64,000 bases of DNA from Spirochaetia bacterium. Lineage in GTDB: Bacteria > Spirochaetota > Spirochaetia > SZUA-6 > Bin103. The translations under genes were made by a program, and so were the position numbers. The stretch covers positions 192,001 through 256,000 of the forward strand of contig OZ241863.1 of NCBI GenBank assembly GCA_965203055.1, written 5' to 3'. The stretch's first letter is position 1. Every line of letters starts with the position of its first letter. The notes beneath the pieces are model-generated. The model saw only the letters and a program-made list of their open reading frames with translations. It was not told where the DNA came from and ran no database searches. This document shows, one piece after another, positions 19,323-28,597 of this stretch.

Positions 19323-21338
19323 ATGACCAGACCGAAGTTGACGTTGGCCGTCGCGACGTTGCTGAGCTGTTCGCTGCTGTCGTTCGCCGGCGGCAGCACC
19401 GACTCAGGGGCCGCCGATTCCGGCGCCGCCGCAGCGGCCCGCACCGGCACCTACGGCGAAGCGCCGATGCTGGCCGCGCTGGTGGCGGCCGGGGAACTGC
19501 CGCCGGTGGACGAACGGCTGCCGGCGAACCCGCCGGTGCGCACCCCGATCGAGGAGGTGGGACAGTACGGCGGCACGGTACGGGTATTCGCCCTCGACAA
19601 CTGGCCATGGCAGGACATGACCGAGAGCGTCGAGCGCGGCCCCTACCTGCTCAAGGGGGTCGACGGGCAGATTCTTCCCGACGTGGCCGAATCGGTGCGG
19701 ATGGCCGCGGACAATGCCTCGGTGACGATCCGCCTGCGCGAGGGACACAAGTGGTCCGACGGCCACCCCGTCACTGCCGACGACATGGTGTTCCAGTTCG
19801 TCGCCATGCACCTCCACCCCGAGGTCGTGACCTACAAGACCAGCCCGTTCGTCCAGGACGCGGTGCGGGTCGACGACCTGACCGTGCGCCTGGAGTTCGA
19901 CGCCCCGCACCCGGAGATGATGGTCAAGCTGGCCACCTGGCACGGCGGCGACTGGGAGATGCTGAAGCCGAAGCACTACCTCTCCAAGTGGCACATCGAC
20001 TACAACGACCAGGCCAACGAGGTCGCCAGGGAGGAGGGGCACGAAACCTGGCAGCAGGCGTTCACCGATCACTTCTTCTGGAAGCCGTCGACCGACGTCG
20101 ATCTGCCGGTCATTCAGGCGTGGCGCTTCACCGAGATTACCCCCACCGTGCGCGTATTCGAGCGCAACCCCTACTACCTGCGCGTGGACACCGCCGGCAA
20201 CCAGCTTCCCTACGTCGACCGCATCGTCTCCACCGTGGTGGAGAAGGAGGTGTACAACCTCAAGATCATCGGCGGCGAGGCGGACCTGGCATACGGCAAC
20301 ACGAGCCTGGAGAACTTCGCCCTCTACAAGGAGAACGAGCAGCAGGGCGACTATCGGGTAACCCTGATTCCGGGGCTCTCGGCGTCCGACGTCGCGGTGG
20401 TGTTGAATCAGAACCACAAGGAGCCGTGGCGCGCGGAGCTGTACCAGGACCTGCGCTTCCGGCGCGCCCTGTCGCTGGCCATCAACCGCGGCGAAGTGAA
20501 CGAGCAGGTGTTCTTCGGCCTGGCCACCCCGCGCCAGGCCGCCCCGCCGACCGCGCACAGCTACTATCTGAACGAGTGGGGCAACGCCTGGGCGGGCTAC
20601 GATCCTGACCGGGCCAACGCACTGCTCGACGAAGTCGGCATGACCGAACGCACCCGCGACGGGTTCCGGCGCGCGCCCGGCGGCGAGGAACTGCAGATCC
20701 TCGTCGAGTACGCCGAAGGCACTCCGGTCCCGGCGATGGAGTTGATCAAGGAGTATTGGGAGGCGGTCGGCGTCAAGGTACTGCTCAAGGTGGAGACCGG
20801 TCAGTCTCGCAACGTCACCCGCACGCTGAACGAGCATGACGCGCGCGCCAGCGCCATCGGCGAGGCTTCGGAAACGGGGCAGTACATCACCGGCGGCGGC
20901 GAGCAGTTCACCTGCAACCGGTCGCGCGGCGTGACCAAGGACTCGCGCTGGATGCCGTGCGGCACCGATAACGGCTGGGGCTGGCAGTGGGGCAAGTGGC
21001 TCGCGGCCAACGCCGCCATCGAGGCCGGCACCCACACGCTGGCCGACTTCGGCGGCAGCATGCCCGGCTGGGAACCGCCGCAGGAAGTGAAGGACCTCGA
21101 TGAATGGTCGTGGGCGCTGCGCGTCACCGAGTTCGGCTCCCCCGAATACGTGGAGTTGGCGAGCAACGTCGCGCAACTGCAGGCCGACCGGCTGTGGGCG
21201 ATCGGCGTGGTGGGCCTGAGCCCGACGATCTACATCTCCCGCAGCAACATCGGCAACGTTCCGACCGAATACAGCATCGGCGTGGAATGGTCGATCGGTC
21301 TGAACTACTGGGGAGACCAGCTCTTCTTCCGCCAGTAG
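19323..21338 (+). CDS. ABC substrate-binding protein, family 5
   Basis: EAPML..LV..GELPPVDERLP, KWSDGHP.TADD, RNPYY..VDTAGNQLPY; SD AAGGAGG. Confidence 0.92.
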   Translation: MTRPKLTLAVATLLSCSLLSFAGGSTDSGAADSGAAAAARTGTYGEAPMLAALVAAGELPPVDERLPANPPVRTPIEEVGQYGGTVRVFALDNWPWQDMTESVERGPYLLKGVDGQILPDVAESVRMAADNASVTIRLREGHKWSDGHPVTADDMVFQFVAMHLHPEVVTYKTSPFVQDAVRVDDLTVRLEFDAPHPEMMVKLATWHGGDWEMLKPKHYLSKWHIDYNDQANEVAREEGHETWQQAFTDHFFWKPSTDVDLPVIQAWRFTEITPTVRVFERNPYYLRVDTAGNQLPYVDRIVSTVVEKEVYNLKIIGGEADLAYGNTSLENFALYKENEQQGDYRVTLIPGLSASDVAVVLNQNHKEPWRAELYQDLRFRRALSLAINRGEVNEQVFFGLATPRQAAPPTAHSYYLNEWGNAWAGYDPDRANALLDEVGMTERTRDGFRRAPGGEELQILVEYAEGTPVPAMELIKEYWEAVGVKVLLKVETGQSRNVTRTLNEHDARASAIGEASETGQYITGGGEQFTCNRSRGVTKDSRWMPCGTDNGWGWQWGKWLAANAAIEAGTHTLADFGGSMPGWEPPQEVKDLDEWSWALRVTEFGSPEYVELASNVAQLQADRLWAIGVVGLSPTIYISRSNIGNVPTEYSIGVEWSIGLNYWGDQLFFRQ

Positions 21339-21354
21339 CCGCCGCTGCGGTTTC

Positions 21355-21409
21355 CGGGCCGCCGGGCGCGGGAGGCTTGCCTCTCCCGCGTCCGGCGGAC
21401 CCGCTTTTT
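21355..21409 (+). terminator. Probable intrinsic terminator
   Basis: cgccgggcgcgggag...ctcccgcgtccggcg stem followed by a T-run, between convergent genes. Confidence 0.6.
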
Positions 21410-22734
21410 CAGGACGCCAGGGAGGTGGGGCCGGCCGGGAACAGCGTGTCCGATGAGGATTCGGCCGGATCGTCCAACCCGAAGAAGCCCATCAGGATGT
21501 GGCTCAGATTGGAGGCCAGCACGCGGTAGGAGTAGTGCTTGCGCGCCACCGTGTAGTTGAGCTCGACCGCCCACTGCCGGTAGTCGGGGTCGCCCAGGAA
21601 CCGCTTGGCTTCCCCGATCACGTCGTCGGATACGTAATCGTCCATCAGAATGGTGCGGAACCCCTTGGGGCGGATGTCGCTGGCGTAGATCGAGTAGTTG
21701 TTCACGAAGATCGGCTTGCGGTGGTAGACCGCCTCCAGGAAGGCGTTGCCGAAGCCCTCGAACAGCGACGGGTAGGTGACCAGATCGGCGTGCGGGTAGA
21801 CGTCGTCCAGGGAATAGATCTTGCCGCCCTGCGGCGTGGTCGCGCGCCGGTGGTTGATCATCCCGTCGACGAACAGCGTGCGTATTCCGAGCATTTCGGC
21901 ATAGTCGCGGACCCGCTGCTGGTACTCGAAGCCTTCGTCGCCGGCGGCGTGGGAGATGACCAGGATCATGTTCCCGTCCCGATCCAGATGCTTCACCAGC
22001 TCGATGGCGTGTTCGATGCCCTTGCGCTGCACGACGCGCGTGGGCTGCAGCACGAAGATGTCATCCTCCCGCAGCCCCAACGCGCTGCGCACGTCGGCGT
22101 TGTAGTCGTCGATCCCGCGCGGCGGGTCGTCGAAGTCCATCACGTTGGGGATCAGGTAGGCATTGGCGCCGGAGCGCAGCGCCAACTGGTTGCGCGCCGT
22201 GCTGTTGATCACCACGTGCGTCACCGAGTGGAGCCGCGGCGGGTAGGAGTTGCGCAGGTAGTCGGACACGCAACTGACCATGAAGCGCTTGCGTTCCCAG
22301 GTGAAGTCGTGGTGATGGGCGATGGTGGCGATGCGGGTCTCGGCGATCACTTCGGTGATGGCCAGACCGAGGGGAATGTTGAGCGGGATCGACAGGGTGT
22401 TCTCGGCCACCAGCACGTCGAGCGAAAAGCGTTCGATGAACTCGTGGAGGCCCTCTTTCAGTTCCCGCCGCAGCTTGTGGATCTTCTCCGTAACCCACGG
22501 CTTGCGGGTGTCGGTGTCGAACAGATTGTTGGTGATCTCCTGTATCTCCGGGTGCTTGAACTGCGCCTTGGGGAGCAGAATCGAGCATTCGGGCGGAGTC
22601 TCCAACTCGCCGCCGCAGTAGTAGCAGCGGTGGCCCATGCGCTCCAGTACGGTGGCCCACTTGGTGGTTTCCAGCGACACGCCGTCGGTTCCCGCGAAGC
22701 GGAACGACACGAATCCGATGTTGCGCCGGCGCAT
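21409..22734 (-). CDS. GT4 glycosyltransferase, mannosylglucosylglycerate synthase (MggS)-like
   Basis: RFAGTDGVSLET.KW, HHHDF.WER, PTRVVQRKGIE, YPSLFEGFGNAFLEA. Confidence 0.8.
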   Translation of the reverse strand: MRRRNIGFVSFRFAGTDGVSLETTKWATVLERMGHRCYYCGGELETPPECSILLPKAQFKHPEIQEITNNLFDTDTRKPWVTEKIHKLRRELKEGLHEFIERFSLDVLVAENTLSIPLNIPLGLAITEVIAETRIATIAHHHDFTWERKRFMVSCVSDYLRNSYPPRLHSVTHVVINSTARNQLALRSGANAYLIPNVMDFDDPPRGIDDYNADVRSALGLREDDIFVLQPTRVVQRKGIEHAIELVKHLDRDGNMILVISHAAGDEGFEYQQRVRDYAEMLGIRTLFVDGMINHRRATTPQGGKIYSLDDVYPHADLVTYPSLFEGFGNAFLEAVYHRKPIFVNNYSIYASDIRPKGFRTILMDDYVSDDVIGEAKRFLGDPDYRQWAVELNYTVARKHYSYRVLASNLSHILMGFFGLDDPAESSSDTLFPAGPTSLAS

Positions 22735-22740
22735 GGCAGG

Positions 22741-23274
22741 TCAGCGCACGTGGCCGGCGGCGGCCAGCTTGGACAGCTTGGGCGCGATGACGGCGCGGCA
22801 GTAGGGAGCGCGGGGATTGCGCGCGAGGTAATCCTGGTGGTACTCCTCGGCGGGGTAGAAGCGCTCCAGCGGTACGATCTCGGTGACGATGGGACGCCGG
22901 AACCGCGCCTGCGCCGCGTCGCGCGATGCCTCGGCGCTGCGCTGCTGGGCGTGGTCGTGGGTCAGGATGATGGACCGGTACTGCGGGCCGACGTCGTGGC
23001 CCTGGCGGTTGCGCGTAGTGGGATCGTGAGCGCGCCAGAACAGGTCGAGGAGCTGGGCGTAGCTCACCGCTCCGGCGTCGAAGGTGACCTGGACCACCTC
23101 CGCATGGCCGGTGCGCCCGCGGCAGATTGCCTCGTAGGTCGGGTCCGGGGCGCTGCCGCCGGCATAGCCGGACACGACCTTGCTCACCCCGCCGACCCGC
23201 AGATAGACCGCCTCCACGCACCAGAAGCAGCCGCCGCCCAGGGTGGCCGCGGCACTCTCCGACGCGCTCGTCAT
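22741..23274 (-). CDS. msrA: Peptide methionine sulfoxide reductase A
   Basis: GGGCFWC, GHAEVVQ, AEEYHQDY. Confidence 0.96.
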   Translation of the reverse strand: MTSASESAAATLGGGCFWCVEAVYLRVGGVSKVVSGYAGGSAPDPTYEAICRGRTGHAEVVQVTFDAGAVSYAQLLDLFWRAHDPTTRNRQGHDVGPQYRSIILTHDHAQQRSAEASRDAAQARFRRPIVTEIVPLERFYPAEEYHQDYLARNPRAPYCRAVIAPKLSKLAAAGHVR

Positions 23275-23607
23275 GGCCGGCCTCCGAAAACCGCCACCCT
23301 GCGGCGCCGCTTTTCGCCCATCTCGTCCTCCCGGCAGGAGCCGTTCGCAGATGACCGACTCCGCAGCGATTCACTACATTAGTATATGCATCGGTATCTT
23401 TCGCTACGGTAATGACTGAAGGCAACAGTTATTTTTCGGGCAAGCCGGAACCGCAGCGGCCGGGCGCGCAGTCCCGGGCGCTGGCGCTGGCGCGGGAGCT
23501 GGCGGAACTGCGTCTGCGCCTGCTGAGCCAGCGGCCGCGCTGCGGCGCACGATAGCCGCGCTCAGCGCGCGGCTGAAGCGGTCGTCAGGCGCTGGCCGGG
23601 GCCCCGG

Positions 23608-24435
23608 TCAGTCGAGGTAGCCCTCCAGCATCCGCAGGTTCAGCGAGACCTGGAGCTGCTGCAGCGCCCGCTTCTCGATCTGGCGCACCCGCTCCTTGGT
23701 CAGGCGGTAGCGCCGCCCGAGCTCGGTCAAGGTCAGCCGTTGGCGGCCGTTGAGACCGAACCGACTCTGCAGGATGTCCGACTCGCGTTGCGACAGGCTG
23801 CCCAGAACGTGGTTGATGTCGGCCTTGAGGACGCCGGCCATCGCTTCCTCTTCGGGCGAGCTGGCGCGGTCGCGCACCGAGTCGCCGATCTGGGCCGCGG
23901 TCCCATCGTCGAAGGCGGGCGCCTCGATCGACAGCAATTCCCGTGACACCGAGAGCAACTCGGCGACCCGCTGCGGCGCCAGGTCGAGAAACTCGGCGAC
24001 CTCGTCCACGCTGGGCTCGCGGCTCAGGCGGCCGCGCAACTCGGTCCGCGCCCAGCCGATGCGCTCCACGATGCCGGCCGCGTGGGCCGGCAGCCGAATG
24101 GTGCGCGAGCTCGCCTCCAGGGCCTTCAGAATCGCCTGCCGAATCCACCATACCGCGTAGGTGGTAAAGTGGTACCCTCGTTCCGGGTCGAATTTCTCGG
24201 CCGCCTTGAGCAATCCGACGTTCCCTTCGCTGATCAGATCGGCGAGCGGAATGCCGCGATGCTGATACTGGCGGGCGATGTTGACTACGAACCGGAGATT
24301 GCTGTTGATCAGCTTTTCCTTCGCCACCTCGTCGCCGGCCCGTGCGGCGCGCGCGTAACGCCGCTCTTCCTCGCGGGTCAGGAGTGGATGGCGTTTGAGA
24401 TCTGCGAGATAGCTCGCCAACGCTCCATCTTCCAT
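23608..24435 (-). CDS. Sigma-70 family factor lacking region 1.1 (RpoS/group-2-like)
   Basis: NLRFVV.IA..Y, DLISEGN.GL, FTTYAVWWIRQ, TKERVRQIE. Confidence 0.92.
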   Translation of the reverse strand: MEDGALASYLADLKRHPLLTREEERRYARAARAGDEVAKEKLINSNLRFVVNIARQYQHRGIPLADLISEGNVGLLKAAEKFDPERGYHFTTYAVWWIRQAILKALEASSRTIRLPAHAAGIVERIGWARTELRGRLSREPSVDEVAEFLDLAPQRVAELLSVSRELLSIEAPAFDDGTAAQIGDSVRDRASSPEEEAMAGVLKADINHVLGSLSQRESDILQSRFGLNGRQRLTLTELGRRYRLTKERVRQIEKRALQQLQVSLNLRMLEGYLD

Positions 24436-24548
24436 GTTCGCAGAATCTCACCGGCGGTTGAAGGTGGTTTGAACGCACCGTTAAGGATCCGTAACGTTGC
24501 GCGGCCCGCATGCGCGCCTCGGGGACCGGGCGTGCGCCGCTCCCGCAG

Positions 24549-24845
24549 CTAGCCGAACAGCTTGTCGAAGTCGGTGCGCGCCCGCTTGGCGCGCCGCTGC
24601 TCCGCGTCCGCGGCCCCGTTCCCGCGCGGCCCGGCCCGCAGGCGGAAGTAATCGCAGAAGTTGGCGCGGTCCTTGTCCCGCACCGGTTCCGCAATCGTCT
24701 CCCGGCAGTCCCACTGCGCGCCCCGCTCATAGAACGCGCAGTTCAGGCACACCTTCAGCGGTCGGCTGCAGTTCGGGCACTCCGTCTCGCGAAAGATCGG
24801 CACGTCACGCGGCAGTTCGACGCCGCAGGAATGACACTGACCCAT
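24549..24845 (-). CDS. Small Cys-rich zinc-ribbon protein
   Basis: CHSC, CPNC, CLNC, C.E, NFCDYF. Confidence 0.75.
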   Translation of the reverse strand: MGQCHSCGVELPRDVPIFRETECPNCSRPLKVCLNCAFYERGAQWDCRETIAEPVRDKDRANFCDYFRLRAGPRGNGAADAEQRRAKRARTDFDKLFG

Positions 24846-24968
24846 GGCGCCATGGTAGCACGCCCGGCTGCCGCCGATGCCGGCGCATTTCCAAATGTAG
24901 GTACGCGTCTTGCCGCTTGGCGGCCAAGTCCATTTCCAGCGTAGGAGGACGTTCTCGGCGATCTTGAA

Positions 24969-26327
24969 TCACCGGTCTACCGGCGCCTGCCGATCCTCGC
25001 CGGGGCGGTCGAATCCGGCGCCGGCGTGGCGGTAGCGGTGATGGGCGGCGCACAGCAGGCGGAGATTGTTCGGCTCGGCGGCGCCGCCGCAGGCATACGG
25101 CACGACGTGATCGATCTGCAGCAGGTGTTGGGAGCCGCAGCGGCGCCCGCTGGTGCGGTCCACGTAGCGGCAGCGGCCGCGGTCGCGCCGCCAGACCTCG
25201 CGCTTGACCGCCGCCGGGATGGCGCGGCCGGCCACGCCGCCCGTCTTCGCTGCCGAAGTCCGGGTCCGCGGCGGCGCAGCCGGCTGCGCGCACGCCGCAG
25301 CCGGCCGGTCGAGGCGCCGCGTCTTCGGCGCCGAAGTGGTGTCGGTCGCCGGCTTCGCTGCCGAAGTGTCCGGGCGGTCAGCGGCTTCGTCTCCCGGCTG
25401 CGCCGGCGCCTGAGTCGATACCTTCGCCGCCGAAGGAGCGGCGCGGTCCGCGCCGGCCTCCTGCTTCGCTGCCGGGGCAGCGCCGCGAGCCGAGGCTGCC
25501 TGCGTCTTCGGCGCCGAAGTTTGCTCGGCTCCTTTGGCCGGCGCCGCGCGCCGCCCGCGCGGCGGCCGGGCCGGGTCGTGGCGGTCGAGCCCTTCCCGCA
25601 CCAGCCGCCCCATGAGCTGCCCCATCGTCAGATGCGGATCGACGTGGGACAGGAGGCCCTTGAGCCGCTCCAAGCCGCGCCGGCACTCATCGTCGATCAC
25701 CGCCTTGAGCTCCCAGCGCCCGCCGCCCAGGGGCCGCACCCGATCCGCCGGCGCCGCCAGCTCCGGGTCCACCTCGGCCAGCAAACTGCATCACCTCCCG
25801 GCTGCTCTTGCCGGACGCCTGCTCCACCAGCTCCCGCCGCGCCTCCGGGTCCAGCACCGGCGCCAGCGCCGGTTCCGCTCCGCCGGCCGCGGCGGCGCCG
25901 CGCCGTCCAGCGACTGAGCGGCAGCCCCGCACCCGGCCCCGCCCGGCGCGCTACGCGCCGCGCGCTCCTTCTTGCGCTCCTGCCGGTCGAAGGCGTTCTG
26001 CAACTGCGCGGCCGCGTTCAGCGTCATCGTGCCATTCTGCAGGCGCTCGCGCACGCCCTCGACGTCCGCGCAGAGCCGCATCGCCTTGATGCGCCGCCAC
26101 GCTGCGGCGTCGCTGTAGCCCAGCTCGCGCACTGCGTAATCGAACAGGCTGGAGAACCCGCGGCGCAGATACAGGCGGCGCTTCTGAATCTCGCGCAGGT
26201 GGTCGATCACGACCACTTCGAGATGGTGTTCGACGCGGGAAAGTTCCTTGGTCCGCTCCAGCAGGCGGTCGTCTGATAGGGCGGATACGGTAGTGGTGAC
26301 GGCCTCGTCGGAAGCACGTTTGTTCAT
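24969..26327 (-). pseudogene. HNH endonuclease, disrupted copy
   Basis: Near-identical to 42658-44004. A -1 indel (~25873) and a +1 indel (~25784) leave a TGA at 25791 in the shifted segment. Confidence 0.85.
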
Positions 26328-26333
26328 GACATA

Positions 26334-26362
26334 AGTATAATCATAGAAACTACTTGAGTCAA
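26334..26362 (-). promoter_or_regulatory. Sigma-70 promoter for a leaderless HNH transcript
   Basis: TTGACT-17 nt-TATACT-6 nt-ATG; palindrome ACTTGA-C-TCAAGT overlaps the -35. Confidence 0.75.
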
Positions 26363-26514
26363 GTTATTCGGGCCGGAAGATGCCATATGCGGGCGTGACT
26401 CGGCGGCGCATTTCCAAGCGGCTGGACGTTCCGTCAGATGCTACTGCCGAGAATGTCGCCGGCGTCGACAGGGCGCGATCTGCCGGGTACCGAGGGGCCG
26501 GCTTCGGCGCCGGC

Positions 26515-26626
26515 GGCATTGAGGGCGAGCAGGCGGGCGAGCACTTCGTCGCGGACTCCGGCGCGGTCCATGGCGGCGTGCAGCGGTACTCGTAGTACGC
26601 CTTTCCGAGGCTTCGAGGGCGGGATC
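26515..26626 (-). pseudogene. Fragments of a type IIG (Eco57I/MmeI-like) R-M gene C-terminus
   Basis: Segments translate as DPALEA.GKAYYEYR, LHAAMDRA and VRDEVLARLLALNA. Confidence 0.65.
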
Positions 26627-26698
26627 GGTACCAACAATTTGGAAGTGCGCCCCGGCGCTACGAGCAAAGGCCACCCGTGCTGCACGACGCGCAGGGGA

Positions 26699-28468
26699 TC
26701 ACTCGGTCACGGAGTCGCAGAAGACCATCTCCCAGCCGTGGAACACCACGATCAGGCCGATGAAGCGCACGCCCGGATACTGCCGCGCCAGCCGCTCGTC
26801 GGCCAGATAGCGCCCGAGCTGCTCCTGCGCCTCGCCGGCTGCCGCCGCCACCGCAGCCTGATCCAACGCCTCGGACCGCCGGCGGTACTTGAGCTCGATC
26901 AGGTAGCCGTAGCGCAAGTACGGAAAGGCTGCCACCAGCGGTTCCAGCGCGATGTCGGCGTGACCCTTGCCCAGCTCCGCCTCCGAGCGGAACAGGTAGT
27001 AGTCGGTCACGCTCAGGTAGGCTGCCAGAAATCCCTGGATTACCTTCTCCCCGGCGATGTAGTCCCGAATCCCGGTCTGCCGCGCGATCGCCTCGCTCAG
27101 GAACTCGAACACCGGCCGCCACTCCCCTTCGTCCGCCATCCGCGTCAGCAACTGCTCGAAGCGGAACAGGTTCACTGAAAAGACCTTCACGTCGCGGTAG
27201 CCGTCGCGCAGGAAGCCGTACATGAGCCGCCTCACGGTCTGGTTGGGGATCGCCAGCCGGGGCGTGCCGGACGGCACGCCGGGCGGCGCGCCGCGGATGC
27301 TCAGCAAGCCGAAGAAGTGCAGCAGCGAGAGGAAGTTCTCCGGTTCGGCGAGGCGCTCCAGCGGGAAGCCGGGCTGGATGCGGGCGGCTGCCTGCTCCTC
27401 GCCAATGACGTCCCGCAGCAGATCGAAGTTGCCGTTCAACTGCCGGCCGACCACCAGCAGGTGGCGCAGCTTGCCGTAGTCGATGCGCACGTTGGTGTCG
27501 ATCAGGTACTTGGGTACCCGCCGGTTGGGGATGGAGTGGTCCAGGTAGTAGAGCACCATGTCGGAGTTGTAGAGGTCGGTCGATGCCTCCTCGGAGAAGC
27601 GGTAGCCGTTGTACCACTCGCCCATGATGCCCAGCGCGGTGTCGGCGTCCTGGTTGAACACGCCCAGGTCGCGATACATCTCGACCAGATGCCGCACCTC
27701 GGCCGCGGTGAAGCCGACCATCTCGTTGAAGTCCGGGTGCAGGCTGATGTTCTTGCCGATGTTAAAGCCGCTGGTGACGTCGTCCATGGTGACCGGCGAG
27801 ACGCCGGTGATGAACAGCCGCTCCAGGCCGCCGCCGGCGCGGCCCGCGCCGCCCTTGAGGGCGGCGAAGAAGTTGCGGTAGAAGCCGCCGCCATGGGTGA
27901 ATGAGTGGTACGCCTCGGCGCCGCGGTAGGCCAGCACGGTGTTGGCGAAGTTGTCGTACTCGTCGATCAGCACGTACAGCGGGATGCCGTGGTCGCCCGC
28001 GTACCGGAACAGCTCGGAGAGCCTCGTGGCGATGGACGGCCGGGCGAGGATGTCGCGCACCGCCTCTGCGGGAAACAGGTCGGGATGCCGCCTCAACGTC
28101 CCCCGGAGTTCGATGTGGCAGTAGGTCTCGAATTCCCGCTCCAGGGTTTCGAGCTTGTCGTCGACCATCGAGAAGTCGAAGCGCAGGGTGACGTAGCGGC
28201 TGCGTTCCTCGGTCGGGCTGCGCCCGATGTCGGTGCCGCCGAAGGTGGCGTCGAACTCGCGGCCCCAGAAGCGGTCGTAGTAGAGCTCCAGCAGGGACAC
28301 CCACAGCGACTTGCCGAAGCGCCGCGGGCGGATCAGCAAGGCGTAGCGCTCCTGCTCCAGGCGGCGCAGGAAGCGGGTCTTGTCGACGTACAGCCACCCG
28401 TGCCGGCGGATGCGCATGATGTCGGCCTCGCCGTAGGGGATGCGCGGGTAGGCGGGGAGGGTAGTCAT
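26699..28468 (-). CDS. AAA-ATPase-like protein with C-terminal PD-(D/E)XK nuclease domain
   Basis: YVDKT, RPRRFGKS, LIDEYDN, FITGVSP, GHADI...IELKY. Confidence 0.92.
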   Translation of the reverse strand: MTTLPAYPRIPYGEADIMRIRRHGWLYVDKTRFLRRLEQERYALLIRPRRFGKSLWVSLLELYYDRFWGREFDATFGGTDIGRSPTEERSRYVTLRFDFSMVDDKLETLEREFETYCHIELRGTLRRHPDLFPAEAVRDILARPSIATRLSELFRYAGDHGIPLYVLIDEYDNFANTVLAYRGAEAYHSFTHGGGFYRNFFAALKGGAGRAGGGLERLFITGVSPVTMDDVTSGFNIGKNISLHPDFNEMVGFTAAEVRHLVEMYRDLGVFNQDADTALGIMGEWYNGYRFSEEASTDLYNSDMVLYYLDHSIPNRRVPKYLIDTNVRIDYGKLRHLLVVGRQLNGNFDLLRDVIGEEQAAARIQPGFPLERLAEPENFLSLLHFFGLLSIRGAPPGVPSGTPRLAIPNQTVRRLMYGFLRDGYRDVKVFSVNLFRFEQLLTRMADEGEWRPVFEFLSEAIARQTGIRDYIAGEKVIQGFLAAYLSVTDYYLFRSEAELGKGHADIALEPLVAAFPYLRYGYLIELKYRRRSEALDQAAVAAAAGEAQEQLGRYLADERLARQYPGVRFIGLIVVFHGWEMVFCDSVTE

Positions 28469-28544
28469 TTGCCGCAGCCTGGATAGCGCCGATCCTATCG
28501 GTTCGAGCGCCGTCCGGCAACTTCAGCGGCGCTGCCCCTTGACT

Positions 28545-28597
28545 CTTGACGGGTTTGGGAACACCGGATCGACGATCTTGCGGAGTTTGGCTTGTAG
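28545..28597 (+). pseudogene. 3' stub of an XamI-like restriction endonuclease gene
   Basis: Reads LD(W)VWEHRIDDLAEFGL*, with the stop abutting the MTase ATG; family match is from memory. Confidence 0.6.

Larger units (their letters stand above)
24881..26652 (-). mobile_element. TIR-bounded HNH-encoding element, copy 1
   Basis: Left end GGCGCATTTCCAAATGTAGGTAC (24882-24904) is an imperfect inverted repeat of GTACCAACAATTTGGAAGTGCGCCC (26628-26652); homologous to 42564-44274. Confidence 0.75.

Noticed and set aside
25245..25519. Palindromic repeats as a canonical CRISPR array
   Set aside because: Repeats are only 14 bp, irregularly spaced and inside a coding frame, and no cas genes are present; kept as a non-CRISPR finding
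24876..26657. Target-site duplication for copy 1
   Set aside because: Flanks (GATGC / CGGCG) do not match unless a slippage deletion is assumed
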